Shown here: one piece after another, positions 11,701-24,578 of the stretch
How positions within the stretch are numbered: the first letter of the stretch is position 1
Layout: the number at the start of each line of letters is the position of its first letter
NCBI RefSeq assembly: GCF_026210795.1
Contig: NC_089433.1
Coordinates: 310,001 to 374,000, forward strand
Reading direction: 5' to 3'
From: Rhizophagus irregularis
Taxonomy: Eukaryota
DNA: 64,000 nt
Translations under genes and position numbers: made by a program
Notes under the pieces: generated by a model
The model's input: only the letters and a program-made list of their open reading frames with translations
Databases searched by the model: none
Told to the model about the DNA's origin: nothing

Positions 11701-14421
11701 ATGATTCTGGGATATATTTTTTTCTTAATAATAATTCTGATTTATCCTTATTGATTTTTATATCATTAAGATTATAAAAAGTGTCAGCAATTGATAAAAT
11801 TTTTTCTAAATTTTCCTGGTTTCCAGCCATGAAATTTGTATCATCCATATACGCTAAACCTGGAAAGTTAAAATTAATCTTTTCTTCAACATTATCATAA
11901 ATATTATTAACTTTAATACCATCTATATCGTAACCTAGATTTGAGTTCTTAATTTTTGTCAATAAAGGATCGTAGTAAATAATCCACAAGAGCGGTGAAA
12001 TTATCTCCCCTTGATCAATCCCGCATTGCATATCAAAAGCGTCTGTTAAACCATAAGGTGTAAAAACTTTGTTTTTCCGTCCAAACGATAGACCTGTTAA
12101 TAAATTAATTAATTCTACTGGAAATTTAATTCTTTTCATCGCTTTTTCAAGCATAAAAACATTAATCCGATCATAAGCCTTTGACATGTCAAGAGCAAGA
12201 ATCCATAATTCTTTATCACGTTCATTACTATGTTGAATTATCTCATTAATTATTCGTAATGGTTCAAAAGTTGAATTTAGGGGCAAGCCCGCGTATTGGT
12301 ATCCTTGTAAAATTTGATGTTCTACCATTATCTTCGAGATACGTTTTGTAATTATTTTCATCATAACTTTTCTAGCTGTTTCCAATAACGTGATTGGCCT
12401 AGTATTATTTAATCTATACCCCCAAGGTTTCGGCTTTGGGATCGGATATATATTTGCTAGTTTCCAGTCTTCAGGCATTATTTGATTACGTAAAACATCA
12501 TTTATAATATCTCTTAATAAATGATTAAATTCTGACGGAGCCTTTTTAATTTCATCATATGCAATTCCTGTTGGCCCCACTGCTTTTTTAATTGGTAAAT
12601 CTTTGATTATGATATCCCATTCATCATCGGTTATTGGTTCAAGACAATTATTATAAATTAATTCATTAATTGATCTTATAGGTTCATATTCATCAGACCA
12701 CTCTTGTAAATCATCTATTGTACGATTTTTCGACCCTGCTGCATTTTGAAAATGATCTTTAGTTATGTCTTTGATTTTATTTTCATCAGTAACTAAAATA
12801 CTGTTTCCATCTTCGTCATCAATTAAAACTCTATCTATAAAAATTTTTTTCATTTCATTTTCAGTAATATTATCAATCATTCTTCGTTGATTATCTGCCA
12901 AATCTGCACAACGTTTATCTATGGCTTCTTTAATTTTATCATTTTTTAGATTAAACATTTCCAATGAAAATTTTGAAAATAAAGTATCGTATATCTCATT
13001 TAATTCCTTAACATATTGACCTATTAAAAATCGACTTAATCTATGTTGTAATAAGAGATACGTTGAATTCACTTCATCTATTGAATGTCTTTTAACTAAA
13101 TGTTTTAAATAATTATTGTAGTATTTCCAATTTAGAGTGAGTTTTTCAAAACTCAATTTCTTTTTAAATTTTCTTCTTAAATATACAATGTATCGTAAAT
13201 CTTTATATAATTGTGTATGTTGAAATGTTTTGTCACGGTCGACATTAACTATAATTTCTTTAGATCGAATATGTTGCTGTTTAATTTTCAATAAATTATT
13301 TTTAAAAAATGACCACTTTTCTTCAATCGAACCATTTAAATTAAAAGAAGTAGCAACCTTTTTTAATTCATCTTGAAAATTTAAAAGATCTTTTTCTTCA
13401 GTATTATCAAAATCAAAAATATGTCTAATTAAATTTACATTAGTCGTATTCATTTTTTTTGTCTGTAAAATTGGATAAATCAAATCTTCATTAATAAAAT
13501 CAAAAGTTAATAAGGCATGATCCGTTTTAATTATATCTCTTATATTAATAATTTTTGCCTTCGATGTTTTCGTAAAAAGATTTTCTGATATCCATATATA
13601 ATCAATTCTTGATTTGAAACGACCAAAGTAAGTCATTATATCTTTTGTATTGTCCATGTCATAAGTTTCCTTATGAACATCCCATAAATTAAGATTTTCT
13701 AATTTCTGAAAAATTTTCAACATTTTTGGCACAGATTGTTTATTATCAAGTCGTTTTTTAAACTTTCTATATTGTAAATTAAAATCACCACAACAAATGA
13801 TTTCCATTTTTTTAGATTTAGCTATTTTAATATGATTAATCACATGAGTATTCATATTAATTTTGTTGTTCATATCTACACCCGTACGATGATTAGCTAA
13901 ATTATAAAATAATATTAAACGTAATTTTTTATTATTTTTAAAGGAAAATCCACTATTAATATTCGTCCATTAATTTTTTCTATATTGAATATATGTTTTT
14001 CTAAATTATTTCGTATTATAAGCATAACTCCTTTTCCAATAGCATTTTTATTATCATTATGTGAAATAATTTTGTATCCAGCTTTATCTGCGTTGAAAAA
14101 ATTAATTTCTTTATCAGCTTTTTGTGTTTCTGTAATACCCATTATATCGACACCATTTTTTCTTATATAGTCAAAAATATTGTTCAATTTATATTCTGTT
14201 AAGGTACATATATTAAGCACCGCTATTTTTGTAAAATATTTCTGATTATTGTGCTCGTTAAACATATCTATGTTATTGTGAATTTGATTTGGAATTGTAT
14301 TATCTTCCATTAAGTTTGTTTCTTTCTTCTTTTTCTTTTTTCTTTTATAATTAATTAAATGTGGGGGTGGATTGTTAGAATAATTATTAATTAAATTATT
14401 ATTATTGGGTTGTACAATCAT
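8747..14421 (-). CDS. Element 1 ORF2: APE endonuclease, RT, RNase H and C-terminal CCHC; one -1 frame break at ~13940
   Basis: APE motifs LNICTL, GITET, GDFN, SRIDYIW, TDH; RT motifs RPITLLE, LDMSKAYD, GIDQGEIISP, YMDD, RLLG; RNase H YIDGS...AE...TD...KAH...D; CPVC...HVWRC. Confidence 0.92.
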
Positions 14422-14427
14422 TAAGAT

Positions 14428-16620
14428 TTAAAAAGTGGATTCGAACTGGTTGGCTGAATTGCTAGTACCCCCAATACTTGCAATTTTAGTTGTAGTAGAA
14501 TCATTTTGTTCTTTATCGGAAAGTTGTCCAGTAAGTTTTGTGATCATATTGAACATATTATTTAATAAACTATCTTGTTTTTCTACTCTTGATTCTAAGT
14601 TAAGCACTAAGTTGTTGTCATCATTTTCACTTGAAGATGAGTCAGGTTTGGCACGCTTATTATTATCGTTAACTATTGGTAATTTGTCAGGCTTTTGTTG
14701 GAGACCTTTACGATTATGATTATTTTTAAAGGTTTCTTTAATTGAATTAATTTCTTTTCTAACTATATCATTTTCTTTTCTAAATTCGGTAATCATTGTA
14801 TTTAAAGTAGTAAGTTGTTTTTTAATTTCTGATAAATCATTTTGTGAAGATGTATGTGTGTTGTTATTTGGATCATGCATAGAGCCTCCTTTCCTAGTAC
14901 CGCCTTGAATTGGGTTGTGGTTGTTGTCACTTATATCTTCTTCGTCACCCCAAGCTTGCATTTCTTCTTCACTAAAGGTATAAGTATTGTTATTACGTTG
15001 TCGGTTGATAATATTATTTTGATTCCAATGTCGTTGTCGATTATTAGGATATCTATTTCCCTTAGTAGCATCAGCGTATGAATTGAATTTAGATTTATTA
15101 CGATTTTTAAACTGTTGGAGCAGTTGATTACGATTTAATTTATTTGAACGTTGTCGTAATTCCGTTTGACATTCTTTTGCTACATGTCCCGTATATCCGC
15201 ATCTATGACAAGATTTGGTATCTAACGGGGACCATTCTAGTTGTTGACCTTCATATTCATATACATTATTGGTTGCAATACTAAAATCTTCATCATTTCT
15301 AAAATATACAAAAGCATATTTCATAGGTTTATATGTCACGAGGTTGCGTGGAATAAAAATAGACGCAGCGCTGGTTTCAGTAACCAATGGTTGTAAATTA
15401 CGTGCACAAGTATTGAACGGTAAACCATTGATTTTTGCTGCAAATTGGAACCTTTCAGATTTTTTATCTTCAGATAGCAAAACAGGTACCACTGAGAGAC
15501 ATTCTTTAAACGCCCATACACTCCATTGAGCATAAAAAGGTTGTATGCTAAGTTCGTCTTTGTAGGTTATAAAAGCTTGTCTGTATATACCTTTAAGTCG
15601 TGTAGTAATGCCATCTTCTTCTAATTCTCCATATCGACTAAAAACAGCCTTTAAATTATAATTTTCCATATATAACGGTATATTGAATACCTTGATAGTA
15701 CGGCTTTCACGACTTTGAAAAAGTTGTTTTCGTTTTTCTTGTAAATTTTCTACTTTCTTAAAGGAGTAGACGACATTATTTTCATCGCCATCGGTTGCAC
15801 TAGGCATTTTAAAAGTCATATTACATAAGCTATTTAAATCGACTTCGGTGTTGACTTTAATACTAATCACGTGACAGTATTTTTGTTCTTAACTGGTATC
15901 ATCAGTCAATTTAATTGGTTTCTTTTCTTCAAAAGTGGTAACGACGTCAATTTTTGATTTGATAATTTTAACAATATAATGACAAAATTGTGTACTTTTG
16001 GGCGCCTCCGGAATCGTACAAGTTGCTTTCCATGTGTTATGTTTAGATAAGACGATTGGTGAAAATTCGGCGTTAGCCATTTCTTTTTCAGGCAATTGAT
16101 TATCGGCAGATGGATCAACAAAATGTGAGTCATCCTGCATCGACTGATCATCTTGATCTTGTGTGTTGATCTTTCGTAGTACATCTGAATGATCTTCATT
16201 AGCTTTTCCTTTGTTCGCAGTTGGTGTTGCAGAGGTTGATTGTGTCACAATAGGATCAACATTTTTCGGGGTCTCAGCAGGTTTGGTTTTCTTTTTTTGC
16301 TGCGTATTTTGTGGATTATAAGCAACGAAAGGGTCAAGTTCTTGTCGTTGGAAAGTCGCTTGTTGTTTTCTATTATATGGTAACCTTGCAGAAGCCGCTG
16401 CTTGGTGTTGTTGTTTTTTCTTCTTCTTGTTTTCTTGACGTAAGGTAGCTCTAGACTTAACTGTAGTAAACTCCTCGTCATTAGGAGTGAAAGTAAAATT
16501 ATTCGAAGTATCTTGCGTAGTAGAAGTTGTACCAACAACTCCTTCCATAGTTTCTCCCTGCTCCTGGTTGTCTATACCCTTCTGGGCAGTACTACGAGTA
16601 GTCCTAGCTGGGGCGGACAT
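14428..16620 (-). CDS. Element 1 ORF1: gag-like nucleic-acid-binding protein (RRM-like region, CCHC knuckle, coiled coil) with one in-frame TAA
   Basis: The 243-aa and 480-aa ORFs are in the same frame, separated only by TAA at 15889-15891 (DTS*EQKYCHVISIK); knuckle CHRCGYTGHVAKEC; RRM-like TIKVFNIP...AFITY. Confidence 0.85.
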
Positions 16621-17899
16621 ACCGTTAAATTTTACGAAATAAAATAATTATGAGAATAACGAAAAAAAAAAAAAATTTTCTAAGTTTTTCTTTGTAAAAA
16701 AACGAAAATGTAGGAACGGGAGAGAGAGTTTTACATTGTCATTGACATTTATATAAAGTTATATAAGATTAATCTGAGAGTTTTTTACCAAAAAGGAAAT
16801 TTTTTTATAAAAAGGGAAATGATTTTCAATTTCGAGGCAATTCAGCAGGTGTTTTAATAACAAATTGAGAAATGATTTCCATAGAAAATCTCGTGACAAA
16901 ATTTATAATAAATTTAAAATAAATGATCAACAAAAATGATCAACAAAATCGTTACTAGTTTTATAAAAAACGCCCAATAATATCTTTTTATTGTTTTAAT
17001 TTAAACTTTTAAAATTTTCTACTTATAATCGCGTCCATGTTAGGTTTCTAACTGGAACCCATTAATAAAAATAAAAATTTAAACTTTTAAAACTTTATCC
17101 GTAGCATTTTGTGTACCTTTAGCTTAGAGATATTCCGTAGAATATAATTTAAATATGACAAGAAATTTTATTCCTTTTAAACAACAACATATTTTTATTA
17201 ACAAAATAAATATAAGAAAAATCATATACGGTAAAAAGAGAAATTAGTATTTTTTAAAAAAAAAATTTCTATTTTTATTTTTTTTTATTTTTTGGTGAAA
17301 AGTCTCCGTTTTGATCGTTATACTGATCATATTATGACTTTTTTAATTATGGAATAATAAAAATAATATAATAATAGTTTTCATTTTCTTTTGGTTTGGT
17401 TAAATTATATTTTTTGGGGGAATAATCTAAATTTGATCGTATAAACACGATTACTAATTTTTTAATGAAAAGAATTCGTATCTTTTTTTGGTTAATTAAA
17501 TATAATAATAAAAATGACATTCTAATAAAAAAAATAATTAGCATTACTTAATTTAGTCAGTAAAATCTATGCGAAGTAAAATTGTCTTTTGATAAAAAAA
17601 TTCCTTGATCATTTTCGGGCATAATTGATGATCACTTTTTAGCTCAACTTCTTGATGAAAAAAATCTTATTATTCTTATATAATCATAACTTCTGATGAA
17701 AAATCATAATTTTATTAAAAATAAAAATAATTGCTTTTTTTTAACACCAAATCTTACCTAGATTAATAATATCCCATAATTTTTTAAAATGCCTGAAACA
17801 CTATAAGACCATCTATTTTGAGGGGGTACGAAATGTTAGACTGTAATGAAATGAGCTGACTGACTAAGCTGAACAAACAAATCAGAGCAAAAAATTGAT

Positions 17900-18035
17900 G
17901 ACGAATTACGTAGAAACCAAGATAAACGCCGATTTTCCTTCCGGAAAGAGGGCATCGATGGTAAACCTGAGAAATTTCAATGCTTTTCCAGCTGCACCAT
18001 GATAGATATCGTGCGGTGATTGAAAGTGTCTTTCT
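17900..18035 (-). pseudogene. Short coding-like fragment, possibly transposase-derived
   Basis: Reads RHFQSPHDIYHGAAGKALKFLRFTIDALFPEGKSAF; resemblance to Glomeromycotina DNA-transposon proteins is from memory only. Confidence 0.3.
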
Positions 18036-18877
18036 CTTTTTTTAGTTATATTATCTTCTGGAATTGAATTAGAAATCACGTGATAATAGCTATTTACCGT
18101 ATAACGGTTAGTCTTAATCTCCGTATTTATATCTTGTTTCTTGTCCTTATTATAAAATAAAAATTAAAATTAATCAATTAATCTCTGTATTTACTATTCT
18201 TTGAGTTTTACTTTCTTAAAAATTGAATATTTATTTTGTATCGCATTCTAACGAACAATGATGACACTAGATTTCATCATAATTCGTCATATGGAAAAGT
18301 TTCTATAAGATGGACGAGAATTCGTTAAATTACTGATATCATTATTATGACTTTGAAATAGTTCTATTTTTTAACTGATTACTACAGACGCACTACTGTA
18401 TTTAAAATTACGCTTCCCAGCTTCTCAATTTCCTTTCAATTTTATCCACACTTCGTTTACAACCATTCGTCAGTGATAACATTTGCTTGCCCAAAATCAA
18501 TTATAGAATTATCCATTCCAAGTTCATCCTAAAGTGTTTGTCATGTGAATTTCTTAATAAATAATTTATTCTTCGTCTAAAGAATTTTTGTTAATAAATC
18601 AATAAATATTTTGTAACACATACTAGAATTAAAATTACTTGATTGAGTAAACCATGCTTGGAACTTAAGACAATTGAATTATCCAAATCATCATACTGCG
18701 GTATAGCCAATCTGACTGGTCGTTGTGTCTAGAACTTTTTTTAATACTGAATATAGAAAATATGTAAATTAGTTTTCTTTACATAATAAAATAAGTTTAA
18801 AATTTTCTAAAAAACCAATGTTACAAATTTATATAATAATTAATAATTATTAGTAATATACAGAATTTTAGTGACTA

Positions 18878-19296
18878 TTATTGTCCGAAGCGTAGCGTAG
18901 GACTATATGCTAGACTCGATATCATGCAATGTCCATCTGTCATACCGCATCAGATGTAACAAATAAACGCGTAAATAATTTATTTAAATAGTTTAAATAG
19001 TTCCAATATATAATATAATAGTGTAATAAATATAAGTTTAAAGAAATCGAGTTTACATTATTTATTTTTAAGAAACTAATACTTTTATATTTTTATGTAA
19101 AAAATTTTGTTATAAATAAAAATTCGAAAATAAATATCTCTTTGGCTTTTAAAGTGTGAATAAACCGTTGCTTTTAAATTGTCAGTCTATAAATTGTTGC
19201 TTTTTTTAGTTGTACATTTTTGTAGAGATATATTTTTTTAGATGGTCATGTGAATATAATGCTTCGGATGCCCCAACAGTTCTTGTTGCCTAGTTT
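18878..19296 (+). mobile_element. Putative non-autonomous Helitron/Helentron-like element
   Basis: Subterminal inverted repeat TCCGAAGC (18884) / GCTTCGGA (19261); 5' hairpin GTCC...GGAC; 3' hairpin CAACAG...TTGTTG followed by CTAG|T; the 5' motif recurs at ~59738-59770. Confidence 0.5.
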
Positions 19297-20324
19297 TATG
19301 AACACCCAATACTGGAATTGGTATTAGAAGTATTACTTCCTGTTGATTGGTTAATACTTTTAATAACCATTTGATTGATACTATAATAATTAATCGATGA
19401 ATAAATTGAATCTTTATAACTGTATATTACGTTTTATTCGTAAAAACTTTTGTGATTTGAAAACACTTTATATTATGATTTTATGAATTGTATTATAAAT
19501 TATTACAATTATTATTGCATTGGTTTCCTCTAATTATAACTTCAGAACACCAATAATTTATCCTTTCAGCTATTTTCTCCTCTTTTTCCTGTCCATTCAC
19601 TAGTAATAAAAGTTACTACTTTAAATTGTTATTGGTAAAACAATAGTTGTTTTCTTAATATTAATTTTCTCGTCAAATTATTACAATTCATAATTATAAT
19701 TACAAATCTCAAAATTTACAAAGTAAGTAGTAAAAATTAGGTGATTATATAAGACCTTTGTGCGAAAATAATATAAATAGCTTAACAATATACCAATCAA
19801 TTGATCAATATAAAGAAATTTATTAATAAAGAGACGACAGAAATTTCAAGTAGTAATAATATGGAATGGATGCAAATATTAGAAGAGAAATCTATCAGAA
19901 TATTTCCGTAAAAGAGATAATACACCAAAAAATCAATAAATGAAAATTTGTTATGGAGTAAAGTAAATATTAATAATATACAAAAGTCAGAATGTTAAAT
20001 AATACTACTAACATCTATATACCAAGAGATATATAGAAAGTGATTGACGTAAAGTTACTCACTATAATAATATAGTGAAAACTTACTTATACAAGCCACG
20101 TGACTTGCACAGAATCTACTATATGTTCTTATGCATGCAATATCATAAGAACAATTTAAATTTATTTATGTTGGCTACATTGTTGCTAGACATTTGTAAT
20201 AACTGGTCACATGACTTTAAAAAAAATGAATGTTCTAGAAATTCATCACAAAATTATTTAAATAAAGCTACGGGTTTCAAACTCAAAATTTATTCTTTTT
20301 TTTTTATTTTTACATTAAGAAATC

Positions 20325-21794
20325 ATGCCTTCAAAATTTTTAGCAGAATTATCTAACGACTATGAAAAACTTTTTGAAACACAAATTGGATATGATGTTA
20401 TTGTTTATGCTGGAGAAGGGCAAAATATGAAGGAAATTCATGCTCATTCAAATATTTTATGTATTAGGTCTCAATATTTCAGTTCTGCATTTTCTAATGA
20501 ATGGGCTGAGAAAAGAGATGGAAAATTTATTTTTAAAAAACCAAATATTTCACCTCAATTATTTAATATTATTCTTAGGTAATAATTTTAATATTTTATG
20601 ATAAATTTTTTTATTCACACAATTTAAATTTTTCTAACTTTTAAATATATTAGGTTCATTTATTGTGGAAATATTGAATTGAAAAATTTACAAGGTCCTG
20701 ATGTATTAAAGATATTGATAGCTGTGGATGAACTAAATATCATTTCATTAGTTTCCCATATTCAAGAATTTTTGATTGAACATAAAACTGAAATTTTAAA
20801 ACAAAATCCAACTGAAATTCTTGAAACAATTTATCAATATGAAACATTTACGGATTTATGGAATTTTTGTCTCAATAAAATTTGTGAAGAACCTAAAATT
20901 TTATTCAGCTCTGATAAATTTATTAATTTAAAGGCTCCTTTATTGGAATTATTATTAAAAAGAGATGATTTGAATATGGATGAAATTGAAATTCGGGAGA
21001 ATTTATTAAAATGGTGTTTTTCTCAACAAAATATAAAGAATGATCCAACAAAATGGAGTGAAAAAAATATTATAAAAGTCGAAAAAAAATTACACAGATT
21101 TATTCCTTTAATTCGATTTTATGATATCGAACCTACAGATTTCTTTCACAAAATTTATTGCTACAAAGACGTCTTACCACAAGATTTAATTCATGATCTT
21201 TTGGAATTTCATATACTAGTTCCTAATATGAAATCTAAAATTGATTAACTACCTTCAAGAAAACTATCGATATTGATTGAATCGAAACATATTCCTCTTT
21301 TTGCTTCATGGATTGATAGAAAAGATTCTTCACATTATAATATGAAAAATATTCCATATGATTTTAAATTATTATATCGCTCAAATCGGGATTATGGAAT
21401 TGACAATAACAATTTTCATAAAAATTGTGACAATAAAGGAGCTACTATTTGGGTAGCAAAAATTAAGAATTCTACACAAATAATTGGAGGATATAATCCA
21501 CTTGATTGGAAAGGTTATGGTGTTTGGAAACCTACAACAAATAGCTTTATTTTTAATATAACTGATGGAAAAAATATTTCTACTTCAAAAGTAAGTTATG
21601 TTAATAATAAGGATCGGAAGTATGCTGTTTTTTGTCATTATGATGATGGACCAACTATGGGTAATTTATACTGCCATAAGAATAATAAATGGTCTAATAA
21701 AGAGCGTTTTTTTGGTTTTGCTTACTCCAACATAGGAATTCCAATGAATTTTATAGTAGAAGACTATGAAGTATTTCAAATAATTAAAAAATGA
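20325..21794 (+). pseudogene. BTB/BACK-TLDc paralogue A with an in-frame nonsense codon before TLDc
   Basis: Intron 20579-20653; BTB motif AHSNILCIRSQYF; TAA at 21246-21248 where paralogues have TTA; the TLDc frame stays open after it. Confidence 0.85.
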
Positions 21795-22380
21795 GTTTGT
21801 ATTTTAATGATTGAATGAAACCAAAAATCAATATTTTCTTGATTTTTTTTTTAAAAAAAAAGAATTTATGAGAAACTTCTAATAAAGACCTTATAATTAC
21901 TAAGACATTAAATCTCTATCCATCTTAACAAAAACAATAAATTCATTTAAATAGATAAAATAATTATTAAGATAAAAATTTCTAATTAATTAATTAATCA
22001 CATTTACTATCGTTAAAATCATTTTTTTTAATAAAGTGTTACAGGTACACCTAATAAACTTCTATACGTTCAAAAAAGGCATTAAAATTATAAGTAGTAG
22101 TAAGTCATAAGGGATTAAGATTTTTAATATTACGTTTATGTGACTTCTGATAAAAATGCGACCATTTATTTATTGAATATTTCAATAAATCAGTAAGATA
22201 AACATCTTAACAATAAGACTTCTATTAATAATTAGTCACATGACTTAAAAAATGAATGGCAAAATCTAAAGTAACTGTTTCTAGAAATTCATGGTACACA
22301 AAATACACAATCGACTTAAATAAAGCTACGGCTTTCAAACTTAAAATTTATTCCTTTTTTTATTTTTACATTAAAAAAAC

Positions 22381-23856
22381 ATGTCTTCAAAATTTTTAGC
22401 AGAATTATCTAACGACTACGAAAAACTTTTTGAAACAGAAATTGGATATGATGTTATTATTTATGCTGGAGAAGTACAAAATACGAAGGAAATTCATGCT
22501 CATTCAAATATTTTGTGTATTAGGTCTCAATATTTCCGTTCTGCATTTTCTAATGAATGGGCCGAGAAAAGAGATGGAAAATTTATTTTTAAAAAACCAA
22601 ATATTTCACCTCAATTATTTAATATTATTCTTAGGTAATAATTTTAATAATTTATGATAAATTTTTTAATTTATACAATTTATAATTTTCTAATTGTTAA
22701 ATATATTAGGTTCATTTATTGTGGAAATATTGAATTGAAAAATTTACAAGGTCCTGATGTATTGGAGTTGTTGATAGCTGTGGATGAACTAAATATCAAT
22801 TCGTTAGTTTCCCACATTCAAGAATTTTTAATTGAACATAAAACTGAATTTTTAAAACAAAATCCAACTGGAATTCTTGAAACAGTTTATCAACATGAAA
22901 CATTTACGGATTTGTGGAATTTTTGTCTTGAAAAAATTTGTGAAGAGCCTAAAATTTTATTCAGCTCTGATAAATTTATTAATTTAAAAGCTACTTTATT
23001 AGAATCATTATTAAAAAGTGACGATTTAAATATGGATGAAATTGAAATTTGGGAGAATTTATTAAAATGGTGTTTTGCTCAACAAAATATAAAGAATGAT
23101 CCAACAAAATGGAGTAAAGAAGATATTATAAGAGTTGAAAGAGAATTATACAGATTTGTTCCTTTAATTCGTTTCTATGATATTGAACCAACTGATTTCT
23201 TTTACAAAGTTTATTGTTACAAAGGCATCTTACCACAAGATTTAATTCATGATCTTTTAGAATTTCATATAGTTCCTAACATGAAATCTAAAACTAATTT
23301 ACCACCTTCAAGAAAACCAAATTTAAAGTATCATCTTGATTCAACCGTGATTGAACCAAAACATATTCATATTTTTGCTTCATGGATTGATAGAAAAGAT
23401 TCTTCACATTATAATATGAAAAATATTCCATATGATTTTAAATTATTATATCGTTCAAATCGGGATGGAACTGACATTGAAACTTTTCATAAAAATTGTG
23501 ATTATAAAGGAGCTACTATTTGGGTAGCAAAAATTAAAAATTCTACACAAGTAATTGGAGGGTATAATCCTCTTGATTGGGATGAAGTTTCACATTGGAA
23601 AACTACTTCAAATAGCTTTATTTTTAATTTTACAGATGGTAATAATATTTCTACTGCAAAAGTAGGATATGTTGTTAGACAAGATGTTGCTGTTTATTGT
23701 GATAATTTTCACGGACCAACTATGGGTAATTTATACAGCTATAAAAATAATTGGTCTATTAAGAATCGTCACTTTGGGATTGCTTATCCTAACATAGGAA
23801 TTCCAGAAGACTTTATAGTAGAAGATTATGAAGTATTTCAAATAATTAAGAAATAA
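22381..23856 (+). CDS. BTB/BACK-TLDc protein, paralogue B
   Basis: Exon 22381-22634, intron 22635-22709, exon 22710-23856; splicing restores ILRFIYCG; BTB, BACK and TLDc motifs. Confidence 0.92.
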
Positions 23857-24578
23857 GTTTATATGTATAGATTATTTTACTGATTGAATAAGGCCAATAT
23901 ATTTTTGAAATTTTTTTTTTTTTAATAAAAAACTTATGAGAATCTTTTAGAAAAGACAAAACTAATGAATTTATTAGAATGGATAAAATGATTGTTCCCA
24001 AGATAAAAATTTATTACATTTAAGTGCTTTATTTTTTTCAGCTTTTACTTATACGTTCAAAAAGACATTAAAATTATAAAAATTTATTAGGTGTTTCTCT
24101 CAACATCTTATCGATATTAATGTAAAAAAATGATTTTAGAGATAGTAAATTGTTTACTAACAACTTGTGTGTAACGCATTTATTTCTTTTAATCTTTTTT
24201 ATTAATAAGTAGTAAGTCATAAGAGATTAGTGAATTTAATAAATGAAATACTGATACAAGTTTACATAATTATAAACAAACTTGTGATGCATCATTTGAG
24301 ATCTTTTAAGATTTTTGATATCACAATTATGTGGCATCTGATAAAAATGCGATTATTTATTTACATAAATCGTTAGATTCGTAGTTCTTTGACATCTTAA
24401 TAATAATACTTCTATTTTTGGACACTCGTAATAATTTGTCACATGACTTAAAAAAAATGAATGACAAACTGTCTCTAGAAATTCATGGTACACAAAATAC
24501 GCAATCGACATAAAATTACTTAAATAAAGTTACGGCTTTCAAACTTAAAATTTATTGTTTTTTTTACACTAAAAAATC

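Larger units (their letters stand above)
8500..16732 (-). mobile_element. Full-length non-LTR retrotransposon (element 1), ~8.2 kb
   Basis: Poly(T) at ~8497-8526 is the poly(A) tail; AATAAA on the minus strand at 8543-8548; 18-bp TSD ACATTGTCATTGACATTT at 8482-8499 and 16733-16750; ORF1 and ORF2 present. Confidence 0.95.

Noticed and set aside
18100..18760. Exon-like fragments on the minus strand
   Set aside because: Multiple stops and no recognisable motif; no product can be supported
22654..22709. MINFLIYTIYNFL N-termini in the ORF track (also 24852 and 27285)
   Set aside because: These starts lie inside introns; the real genes begin at the upstream BTB exon
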